Source: a bacterium (lineage in GTDB: Bacteria; Bacillota; DTU030; DUMP01). Taken from it: a DNA stretch of 35,790 bases. The notes beneath the pieces are model-generated. The model saw only the letters and a program-made list of their open reading frames with translations, ran no database searches and was not told where the DNA came from. The stretch is taken from assembly GCA_035271345.1 (NCBI GenBank), contig DATERQ010000118.1, positions 1 through 35,790 of the forward strand. The letters are read 5' to 3'. This document shows, piece after piece, positions 17,962 to 25,374 of this stretch (its first letter is position 1; each line of letters begins with the position of its first letter). The translations under genes and the position numbers were made by a program.

Positions 17962-18597
17962 ATGAATAAAGTCAATCCTGACGTAGAATATCATTTTAAG
18001 GCCAACCTGGCTCCAGTGAGTAAACCCACGCCAAGTGGGCTATTTTTGTCATTTCTGACCATTGGGGCTTTTACTTTCGGCGGCGGTTACGCCATGCTTC
18101 CTCTAATCCAAAAAACCATTGTGGAAAAATCACCCTGGCTCCGACAGGAAGAGTTCGTGGATGTCATCACTATCGCTCAAAGCTCACCCGGTCCCATTGC
18201 TGTCAATATCGCTATTGTAACAGGTTATAAGCTGGGTGGCGTACGCGGGGCCTTGGCTTCGGTATTTGGTGCTGTCTTACCTTCTTTTGTTATTCTACTA
18301 ATTGTTGCCACCTTTTTCTTCGGTGTACAAGACAATCGTTTTGTCCGGGGCGCCTTAACAGGTATGCGGCCAGCCATAGTTTCCCTTATGACAATAGCAG
18401 GGTGCAACATTGGGCGCAAAACCGTTCGGACAAAACAAGCCCTGGTACTATCACTATTGGCACTGTTCCTTGTCATTGGAATCAAACTACATCCGATAAT
18501 AGTCATCCTTGCTGGCGCCTGCGCAGGCATCCTTTTCAACTCTCGTTTAGACTCCCACAGTCGGAACCGTTCACCGGAAAGTTGGGGCGATAACTAA
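17962..18597 (+). CDS. chrA: Chromate transporter family protein, short-chain CHR, first member of pair
   Basis: FGGGYAMLPLIQ...W..EEF.D...IAQSSPGPIAVN is the CHR domain signature. 211 aa, half the size of full-length ChrA. Confidence 0.85.
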   Translation: MNKVNPDVEYHFKANLAPVSKPTPSGLFLSFLTIGAFTFGGGYAMLPLIQKTIVEKSPWLRQEEFVDVITIAQSSPGPIAVNIAIVTGYKLGGVRGALASVFGAVLPSFVILLIVATFFFGVQDNRFVRGALTGMRPAIVSLMTIAGCNIGRKTVRTKQALVLSLLALFLVIGIKLHPIIVILAGACAGILFNSRLDSHSRNRSPESWGDN

Positions 18598-19121
18598 TGT
18601 CCATTCATACATGCCTGTTTTTAGCCTTCTTTAAGATCGGCCTTTTCAGTTTTGGCGGTGGTTATGCCATGCTCCCACTTATTGAAAAAGAAATCGTCAC
18701 CAATCACCATTGGCTAACCCTATCCCAGTTTATTGATGTTGTAGCAATTTCCCAAGTAACGCCTGGACCAATTGCCATCAATGCCGCTACTTTTGTCGGT
18801 TACAAAACGGCCGGAATTTTAGGCTCAATAGTCGCCACCCTCGGTGTGGTAACACCATCGCTGCTTATTGTGCTAACCCTGGCTCTTTTATTTACAAAGT
18901 ACAATTCATTACCTAGTGTCAAAGCAGCTTTCAAAGGAATTCGTCCGGCTGTAGTGGCCCTGATCGCAGCAGCCATCTGGAACATTATACCGTCCTCGTT
19001 GGAATTGGTCTCCAGTTGGGCTATTGCCCTTGCAAGCTATTTCGTTATCCGACGATTGAGCTGGAACCCCGTTATAACCTTATTTGCGGCCGCCGCCTTG
19101 GGCGTAATCATTTATAGTTAG
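18597..19121 (+). CDS. chrA: Chromate transporter family protein, short-chain CHR, second member of pair
   Basis: FGGGYAMLPLIEKEIV..HHWL...FIDVVAISQVTPGPIAIN. The start overlaps the preceding stop (TAATG). Confidence 0.85.
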   Translation: MSIHTCLFLAFFKIGLFSFGGGYAMLPLIEKEIVTNHHWLTLSQFIDVVAISQVTPGPIAINAATFVGYKTAGILGSIVATLGVVTPSLLIVLTLALLFTKYNSLPSVKAAFKGIRPAVVALIAAAIWNIIPSSLELVSSWAIALASYFVIRRLSWNPVITLFAAAALGVIIYS

Positions 19122-19137
19122 CTTTTTTAGACCTGCC

Positions 19138-19566
19138 CTAGAGTTTTAAGCACATGGAAATAGCCGACCGTGAACATACCGAACGGAAATGTTCCGATTG
19201 TAGGACAGGTGCATAAACCTTGTCCCGATCAATGGGGCGAAATCCAAACCGATAAAAATAATCGGCTGCGGTGTCGGTAACTAAATACAACTCCTTAAGA
19301 CCCATGAACCGTGTTTTATTAACCAAGGCCTTGATTAGCCCACGTCCCAGACCAGAATGGCGATACTCCTGGGCAACGGCTACCGACCGCACCAATCCTA
19401 CCTGATCATAAACTTCAAGGCCAGCCACTGCTGCTATCTCGCCATCCAACATCAATTTCAAAAAATGCTGGAACTGGCCCTCAATGCCTGCCCAAGAAAG
19501 ACCGGCTTCCTCTAATAGTTTTTTCACTAAAGAAAGGTCCTTGTCTTCTACTGGAACTATCCGCAT
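19138..19566 (-). CDS. GNAT family N-acetyltransferase, ArsN2 / N-acetylglutamate-synthase-like subgroup
   Basis: Pattern GLEVY...GLVRSVAV...R..GLGR.L......TRFMGLKELYLVTDTAADYFYRFGF..IDRD..P..LQSEHFRSVC.RSAISM matches my recollection of the ArsN2-type family. ATG at 19566 (GGAAGG RBS); the track begins at GTG 19569. Confidence 0.7.
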   Translation of the reverse strand: MRIVPVEDKDLSLVKKLLEEAGLSWAGIEGQFQHFLKLMLDGEIAAVAGLEVYDQVGLVRSVAVAQEYRHSGLGRGLIKALVNKTRFMGLKELYLVTDTAADYFYRFGFRPIDRDKVYAPVLQSEHFRSVCSRSAISMCLKL

Positions 19567-19586
19567 CACTAGCCTTCCTTTCCCTT

Positions 19587-20393
19587 TTAGCTTTTACTAT
19601 TATCTCTTCCATGTTGAAAAACCCAGCCCACTAAAAATTTTGCCACTGACGGTGCTACACCGGCCAAACGCGCTAATAACCAATCCCCAGTAGTAATATA
19701 TATGTCTCCTTTACCAGTAGCTGCCCGTTTTAAAATACGTTTAGCCACTAGTTGTGGTGCTACTCGGGATAAGCGTGGCTCCTTTTCCAAATATTTTTCA
19801 CCTAGGGCATGATTGCGAAATTCTGTGCGGGCGGATCCAGGATAAGCAGTGCACGTTCTGATCCCGCTACTATGGAGTTCTAGCTGCAAAGTATTACCCA
19901 GCTTAGCCAACGCAGCTTTGGTAGCCGCATAACCACCAATATTAGGTGCCGCCTGAACGGCGCCTAAGGAGGCAATATTTATTATTAATCCGCTACCCTG
20001 CCTTTCAAAAAAAGGTACCGTCGCTTGGATGAAATATAGCGGTCCACCGACATTGACAGCAAAAGCCTCTGCCAACTGAACCGGCTGTAAAGAGGCTACC
20101 GGTCCCCGCAGACCAATGCCGGCATTGTTGATTAAAACGTCTATTCTGCCAAAACAATCGAAACCATGATGCACAACCTGTTCCACCGCTTTTTGATCAC
20201 GCACATCGGCAACCGCATATGTACAATTGGTTCCGCTGGCGGTAAGATCCTGGGCCAACTGCCGGAGCCTCTTTTCATTGCGCGCCGTCAGTACCAACTG
20301 GGCCCCCATTGAAGCCAACTCAGTTGTCAGGGCTGCCCCTATTCCCCGCGACGCACCGGTTACCAACACCACCTTGTCCCTCCAGTAGTTCAA
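19587..20393 (-). CDS. SDR family oxidoreductase
   Basis: TGASRGIG cofactor motif, NNAG, catalytic YAATKAAL (YxxxK). TTG start with a GAAGGAAG RBS. Confidence 0.85.
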   Translation of the reverse strand: MNYWRDKVVLVTGASRGIGAALTTELASMGAQLVLTARNEKRLRQLAQDLTASGTNCTYAVADVRDQKAVEQVVHHGFDCFGRIDVLINNAGIGLRGPVASLQPVQLAEAFAVNVGGPLYFIQATVPFFERQGSGLIINIASLGAVQAAPNIGGYAATKAALAKLGNTLQLELHSSGIRTCTAYPGSARTEFRNHALGEKYLEKEPRLSRVAPQLVAKRILKRAATGKGDIYITTGDWLLARLAGVAPSVAKFLVGWVFQHGRDNSKS

Positions 20394-20399
20394 GCCGCT

Positions 20400-20894
20400 T
20401 CACTTCCTTCGCTGCAATTCTTCACTAAGATAACGTTGAGCATGTTTTATATAGCGAGAGGCAGTATTTCTAAATTTCTGTACTTCTTGTGCCGACAGTT
20501 CTCTAATAACTCGGGCCGGATGACCCGCTACCAACGTGCGGTCAGGCAGCACTATGTTTTCCAGCACTAAACTGCCGGCACCGACTACAGTATCTTGACC
20601 TACCCGGGCACCATCCAGAATTATGGAACCGATGCCAATTAAGGCCCCTTCCTTCACATAACAGCCATGTAATATTGCACCATGACCAACTGTAACCATA
20701 TCTTCCAGCACAACAGGGTGGCCATATGAGACATGGAGAATAGATCCATCCTGAATATTGCAGCCTTCCCCTATCTTTATGATATCCACATCAGCCCGGA
20801 TAATGCTGCCGAACCAAATGCTTGATTTTGGTCCAATGCTTACCTGGCCAACAACCTGGGCCCCTGGTGCTACAAAAACGCTGGGGTCAATCAT
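20400..20894 (-). CDS. Gamma-carbonic-anhydrase-like / left-handed beta-helix (hexapeptide repeat) protein
   Basis: 164 aa with hexapeptide repeats and the gamma-CA-like pattern (IGEGCNIQDGSILH...VGHGAILHGC.V..GALIGIGSIILDGA.VG..TVVGAGSLV...P..TLVAG.PARVIREL). Confidence 0.8.
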   Translation of the reverse strand: MIDPSVFVAPGAQVVGQVSIGPKSSIWFGSIIRADVDIIKIGEGCNIQDGSILHVSYGHPVVLEDMVTVGHGAILHGCYVKEGALIGIGSIILDGARVGQDTVVGAGSLVLENIVLPDRTLVAGHPARVIRELSAQEVQKFRNTASRYIKHAQRYLSEELQRRK

Positions 20895-20970
20895 TGGCTT
20901 CAGCTCCTTCTCTCCCGGCTACCTTTTTTCCTTTCGCCACCAAGGCCTTTTTTCCTGCTTTTTGACCGTA

Positions 20971-21006
20971 AACCATAGCTCGGATCATGGGATCCGGGCT
21001 ATGGTT
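20971..21006 (-). other. Perfect 16-bp stem-loop (one G-U pair, 4-nt loop) starting 5 nt after the DUF362 stop codon
   Basis: AACCATAGCTCGGATC (20971-20986), loop ATGG, GATCCGGGCTATGGTT (20991-21006). No U-tract follows on either strand, so it is not a canonical intrinsic terminator. Confidence 0.6.
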
Positions 21007-21011
21007 CTGCC

Positions 21012-22166
21012 CTACCATTTTAGAAGTCGCTGGCTTAGCCATGATCGATGGATGGCCACAGCTTGTTCTGGACATAGTTCCTGACAGCAAAAGCAACGAA
21101 TACAAGCCGCCAGATCCACCTTCGGCCCCTTATTGGTCAGAGCAATGGCGTTGGCAGGGCAACTACGAACACAAATACCACACTGGCGACACAAGTTGGG
21201 ATTAAATACTGGCCGGGCTCCCAATAAGCCCCCTGCCAGTTTTAGCCATTGGGGTGGAACTGGGTAGCCTAGGAACCGAAAACTGGTTCCTCCCGGCGAA
21301 GGTACTTCGAAATCGCCAACAATGACATCTTTCAATTTTAAGCCAGCTATTGTATCGACTACCGGTACCGTGAGCAATCCCCGCTGCTCCGCCAAGCGTG
21401 TCGTAGGCACCTCAGCCACATCTAGGCCAATAAGGGTGACGGCTACCGCATCCAAGGCGAATACTGACGGACTTGCCAGCAAAAAGCCTAGTTCCCGCGG
21501 CGTTCCAGCCGAGGGGCCTTCCCCTTCCATGGCAACGACGGCATCCATAATAGTAAGTGCCGGCTTCACCGTCAAGGCTAAATCCAATAAAAAGCCGGCA
21601 AACTTGTGCAGTTCCGGGAATTGTAAATGGTAATCAGCCTTGCGCAATCCCGGAATGCATCCGTACAGATTCTTCACCGCCCCAGTGTATCTGGTTAAAC
21701 CATGGCTTTTAAGTTTTGGCAGATTGATTACCACGTCAGCAGTACAAACAGCACGGCTTAAGGTAAGGCTACGTACCAAGGCATCCTTTGGTGTTGGCAC
21801 TTCCGTTGACCCCAGATCGAAATTGAGTTCTATCCCCAAGTCCCCTGCCACCAAAGCCAAACCACAACCTTGATAAACATCCTTCAAGGTAGCGCTAGTA
21901 AATGGGCCACCAGGGCTATCATAAATAAACGGCTCCCCGCCGGCCCGAATCACCTCTTCCGCCACCGCCCTTACAACTGAAGGATGGGTTGTAACTGCAT
22001 CTTCAGGCGGTCGTTTTGTAAGTAAATTCGCTTTTAACAAAACGCGCTGGCCCGGTTTAATATATCTTTCCCATCCTCCCAGATAATCCAACCCCTGTTT
22101 TACTGCCTTGCTAACTTCGTCCGCTTCGTAACAGGTACAAGAAATGAGAGCCACAGTATGGTCCAC
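21012..22166 (-). CDS. DUF362 domain protein with C-terminal 2x[4Fe-4S] ferredoxin domain
   Basis: 384 aa. DUF362-type N-terminal region, plus CRQCGICVRSCP and CIRCFCCQELCP cluster motifs at the C-terminus. GTG start with a GGGGG RBS, 14 nt after the rodA stop. Confidence 0.8.
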   Translation of the reverse strand: MDHTVALISCTCYEADEVSKAVKQGLDYLGGWERYIKPGQRVLLKANLLTKRPPEDAVTTHPSVVRAVAEEVIRAGGEPFIYDSPGGPFTSATLKDVYQGCGLALVAGDLGIELNFDLGSTEVPTPKDALVRSLTLSRAVCTADVVINLPKLKSHGLTRYTGAVKNLYGCIPGLRKADYHLQFPELHKFAGFLLDLALTVKPALTIMDAVVAMEGEGPSAGTPRELGFLLASPSVFALDAVAVTLIGLDVAEVPTTRLAEQRGLLTVPVVDTIAGLKLKDVIVGDFEVPSPGGTSFRFLGYPVPPQWLKLAGGLLGARPVFNPNLCRQCGICVRSCPANAIALTNKGPKVDLAACIRCFCCQELCPEQAVAIHRSWLSQRLLKW

Positions 22167-22180
22167 TATTTTTCCCCCGT

Positions 22181-23272
22181 TTAAAACAAAATCTTCTGGC
22201 GGCGCATATGCACATTGAGAAGTAATCCCATTGCCATCATATTTGTCAAATAGGAGCTTCCGCCATAGCTCATAAATGGTAGCGGAATCCCCGTTACCGG
22301 CATAATACCAATGGTCATACCTACATTCACCAAGATATGAAACATAAGCATTATTACAACGCCGGTAGCCAATAAAGTACCGAAATCGTCCCGGGCTTTC
22401 ACTGCCACTTGAATGCCACGATAAATCAAAAAGAAATATAAAGCTATAATCCCGGCTGCGCGGACAAAACCCAGCTCTTCGCCAATTACCGAAAAAATAA
22501 AATCCGTATGTTGCTCCGGCAGGAAACCCAATCTACTTTGCGTACCTCCAAATAGTCCCTTCCCCCAAGCACGCCCGGATCCAATTGCAATCATGGACTG
22601 AATAACATGATAGCCACTACCAGTAGGGTCAATATAAGGATTAAAAACTGCTAAAATGCGATTCCGCTGATAATCCTCCAAAAAATGAAACAGTAATGGT
22701 GCTATCGCGGCACCAGCTCCGCAAAATCCGACCAAATATTGCCACCTTATACCGGCCACAAACAACATCCCAAATAACACCCCAGCAAACACTAGGGACG
22801 TTCCCAGATCGGGTTGTTTTAGTATAAGAACCATCGGTAGAGCCACATGGGCTAACACCGGCAATAAATCACGAATACTGTGCAAAGAGGACGCCCGCTT
22901 GGTCAGCAAATCGGCCAATGTGATAATTATTATTAATTTGGCTAGTTCAGACGGTTGTATTTCCAACGGGCCAAGCTGCAACCAGCGCTGTGCGCCACCG
23001 GCTTCACGGCCAAAGATAAACACTGCTCCCAACAGCATCAGATTAAAAGAATAGAGGTGTTTCGTATATAAGGCTAAATCATGGTAATCAATAGATAAAG
23101 TAAAAACAAATAGCACCAGTCCTGAAATCACCCAAATCAACTGACGCCTGACAAAATAATAGGGGTTTTCCGGGCTGGCGCTGGCAATAACAAAAAAACT
23201 GATGGTGGTAAGGATCACCACCACAGCCATGATAGTATAGTCTAGATTCTTAAGTAAACGTTTATCAATCAT
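22181..23272 (-). CDS. rodA: Rod shape-determining peptidoglycan glycosyltransferase RodA (FtsW/RodA/SpoVE, SEDS family)
   Basis: 363 aa, polytopic, with conserved SEDS blocks (QPSELAK, PDLGT, LPE.HTDFIF, GIPLPF.SYGGSS). Position is after minCDE. GGAGGAG RBS. Confidence 0.9.
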   Translation of the reverse strand: MIDKRLLKNLDYTIMAVVVILTTISFFVIASASPENPYYFVRRQLIWVISGLVLFVFTLSIDYHDLALYTKHLYSFNLMLLGAVFIFGREAGGAQRWLQLGPLEIQPSELAKLIIIITLADLLTKRASSLHSIRDLLPVLAHVALPMVLILKQPDLGTSLVFAGVLFGMLFVAGIRWQYLVGFCGAGAAIAPLLFHFLEDYQRNRILAVFNPYIDPTGSGYHVIQSMIAIGSGRAWGKGLFGGTQSRLGFLPEQHTDFIFSVIGEELGFVRAAGIIALYFFLIYRGIQVAVKARDDFGTLLATGVVIMLMFHILVNVGMTIGIMPVTGIPLPFMSYGGSSYLTNMMAMGLLLNVHMRRQKILF

Positions 23273-23342
23273 GTTTCTCCTCCAGGGAAAACTGTCGTTG
23301 TCATTCTAATTATAAGTGTTTCCCCTGGCATCGTCTAGTCCT

Positions 23343-23618
23343 TTATACTGCTCGAACGGTGCGCTTCATCCGTTTAATTGGGATGCTGGCCACCAGTGCT
23401 ACCGATTCTTCCAAGCTATGAATGCTTACCTCAACCCCGGTATAGTCAATGTCCATGTATTCGGTAATTACACCGATAACCTCTTCTTTAATAGTTTCCA
23501 AAAATTGTGGTGAAACGGTGGCCCGATCATGCACTAGAACCAGACGCAAACGCTCTTTGGCGATTTCTTTGCTAGAAGCCTCATCACGTCTGAACACTCT
23601 GCCCAGCAGATCAAACAT
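23343..23618 (-). CDS. minE: Cell division topological specificity factor MinE
   Basis: Short protein with KERL.LVL..DR motif, directly after minD. The ATG at 23618 has proper spacing from the AAGGGGG RBS; the track start at 23624 abuts the RBS. Confidence 0.9.
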   Translation of the reverse strand: MFDLLGRVFRRDEASSKEIAKERLRLVLVHDRATVSPQFLETIKEEVIGVITEYMDIDYTGVEVSIHSLEESVALVASIPIKRMKRTVRAV

Positions 23619-23640
23619 GGTCATCCCCCTTTCTCAATGG

Positions 23641-24441
23641 CTAGCTTCCAATGCCGAACAGTTGCCTCACCCGAGCCATTAACCCGGTTTCCGCTTCCAG
23701 AGGCATTAAAGGGATTTGTTCTCCCGCTATGCGGCGGGCAATGTTGCGAAAAGCCTGTCCGGACTGAGACATATTATCTAATGCCGTGGGTTCCCCGCGG
23801 TTAGTAGCCACCAAAATACGATCGTCCTCAGGAACCACCCCAATTAAATCGACGGCCAAAATATCAATAATATCGTCAATATCCATCATGTCACCCCGCT
23901 TTACCATACCGGGGCGAATACGATTGATAAGTAGCTGAACCTCAGCCATTTCAGAAGCTTCCAATAAACCGATGATGCGGTCAGCGTCACGAACGGCTGA
24001 AACTTCCGGTGTAGTTACTACAATGGATCGATCCGCTCCCGCGATGGCATTATGAAAACCCTGCTCGATGCCAGCCGGGCTATCAACTAAAATATAATCG
24101 TAGTCAGCCTTCAGCTCTTCAGTCAAGTCTCTCATTTGTTCCGGCGTGACGGCAGTCTTATCTCTTGTTTGCGCCGCCGCCAGTAAAAACAAATGTTGAT
24201 TGAAACGTTTATCACGGATCAAGGCTTGCTTTAAGCGGCATACTTTTGAAGCCACATCCACCAGATCGAACACAATTCGGTTTTCAAGACCCATGACCAC
24301 ATCTAGATTTCGAAGTCCAATATCCGAATCTAACAGGACTACCCGGTAATCATTAAGGGCTAAGGCTGTACCAAGATTAGCCACACTGGTAGTTTTACCT
24401 ACGCCCCCCTTTCCAGACGTAACAACAATTACTTCCCCCAT
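23641..24441 (-). CDS. minD: Septum site-determining ATPase MinD
   Basis: Deviant Walker A motif TSGKGGVGKTT, with full-length MinD similarity. The ATG at 24441 lies 5 nt after GAAGGAGGGG; the track start is GTG at 24447. Confidence 0.95.
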   Translation of the reverse strand: MGEVIVVTSGKGGVGKTTSVANLGTALALNDYRVVLLDSDIGLRNLDVVMGLENRIVFDLVDVASKVCRLKQALIRDKRFNQHLFLLAAAQTRDKTAVTPEQMRDLTEELKADYDYILVDSPAGIEQGFHNAIAGADRSIVVTTPEVSAVRDADRIIGLLEASEMAEVQLLINRIRPGMVKRGDMMDIDDIIDILAVDLIGVVPEDDRILVATNRGEPTALDNMSQSGQAFRNIARRIAGEQIPLMPLEAETGLMARVRQLFGIGS

Positions 24442-24459
24442 TGCCACCCCTCCTTCTGG

Positions 24460-25173
24460 TTAGCTTCGCTGCACTAAAGATAGCATTTGATTAGTATCAT
24501 TTCTTTCCACCACTACTTTACCGTCTTGTAGCCTTGCTATTTCCGGTTGTTCAGAAAACCCAGTGCTTTCATCGTCTGGGGCCCGTGTAAATGCACCTGC
24601 TATCCGTAGCTGGCTTGGTTCTAAACGATAAGCAGCCACAAAAGCCCGTTGATCGCCATTAGCTCCGGCATGCACCAATCCCCTTAAAGCCCCAGCCACA
24701 ACAATATTTCCATCAGCAATTATCTCGGCTCCGGGGTTCACGTCGCCGGTTACCACCACATGGCCGGCAAAGTTTACCTGTTGACCGCAACGAAGATTGC
24801 GCTCGATAAATATTACCGGCAGCTTTGATTTCCGGCTTAAATCAGGGCGGAGCCCTTTGGGCTGATCAGGATCATCCATTTCATCCAGCAATCCCTTTTC
24901 ATCATCAACACCCAGATTGGACTCATCATCCACGAAATCGTTCAAGGTCAGCCCGGCCTGGCTGTTGATGAGCCTTGACAAAGACTTCTTTTGTCTGTTG
25001 GTAAGCTTTCTCGCACCTGGATCAATGGTCACCTGAGCTCCTTGGAAAAACCCTTGGGCCGCTTGTAGTTTGGTCTTAAGGTTTCCCATCATTTCTTTAA
25101 ACTCGCAGTCGTCATCAAGGACGATGAGCAATCCATCACGAGTGCCCTTAAAGACGGTTTCTTTTTTAATCAT
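24460..25173 (-). CDS. minC: Septum site-determining protein MinC
   Basis: C-terminal beta-helical MinC domain (VVVTGDVNPGAEIIADGNIVVAGALRGLVHAG). The ATG at 25173 (MIKKETVFKGT...) follows GGGAGAGGG. The track start at 25251 (GTG) lies in a tandem repeat and is probably spurious. Confidence 0.85.
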   Translation of the reverse strand: MIKKETVFKGTRDGLLIVLDDDCEFKEMMGNLKTKLQAAQGFFQGAQVTIDPGARKLTNRQKKSLSRLINSQAGLTLNDFVDDESNLGVDDEKGLLDEMDDPDQPKGLRPDLSRKSKLPVIFIERNLRCGQQVNFAGHVVVTGDVNPGAEIIADGNIVVAGALRGLVHAGANGDQRAFVAAYRLEPSQLRIAGAFTRAPDDESTGFSEQPEIARLQDGKVVVERNDTNQMLSLVQRS

Positions 25174-25223
25174 GCTTACCCTCTCCCTAAAACCTACTGA
25201 CTCCAAGACTGTCTTAGCCTTCC

Positions 25224-25270
25224 TATCCCATATATCCCATTTAGTTCTCACTTCTCATTTAGTTCTCACT
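25224..25270. repeat. Nested short tandem direct repeats in the mrdA-minC intergenic region
   Basis: CATTTAGTTCTCACT occurs at 25238-25252 and again at 25256-25270 (18-nt period). TATCCCA occurs at 25224-25230 and 25233-25239 (9-nt period). Confidence 0.8.
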
Positions 25271-25374
25271 CCACCCCACTAAATCCTGCTTTTTCCAGTG
25301 GGATCTAGCCGGGGATTTAACCCCCATTTTTCCATGTTTTGACAAGGGATTCATTGTGGGCTTTTTCAGGCAGG

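Noticed and set aside
17797-17994. 65-aa minus-strand ORF in the long intergenic region
   Set aside because: It overlaps the chrA start codon region, has no RBS, and its sequence is not recognisable. Downstream frames are broken by stops, so I treat it as chance or at most a decayed remnant.
20887-21105. 72-aa minus-strand ORF (and its internal 29-33-codon Lys-rich version) spanning the DUF362 / gamma-CA spacer
   Set aside because: The 5' part overlaps the DUF362 coding end out of frame. There is no Shine-Dalgarno sequence before any of its ATGs. The purine-rich spacer naturally encodes Lys/Gly/Ala. It is mentioned under the hairpin finding only as something ribosome profiling could exclude.
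25174-25251. N-terminal extensions in the ORF track: minC to 25251, lepA to 6742, hrcA to 3683, radC to 30451, mreC to 28639, L,D-transpeptidase to 14130, spoIIP to 7955
   Set aside because: The extensions use non-ATG starts or lack an RBS. They run into operators, repeats or upstream genes, and add residues not seen in the families. Internal starts with good Shine-Dalgarno spacing were preferred.
25238-25270. Tandem 15/18-nt repeats as a CRISPR or minisatellite array
   Set aside because: There are only two copies, directly adjacent, with no spacers and no cas genes in the window.
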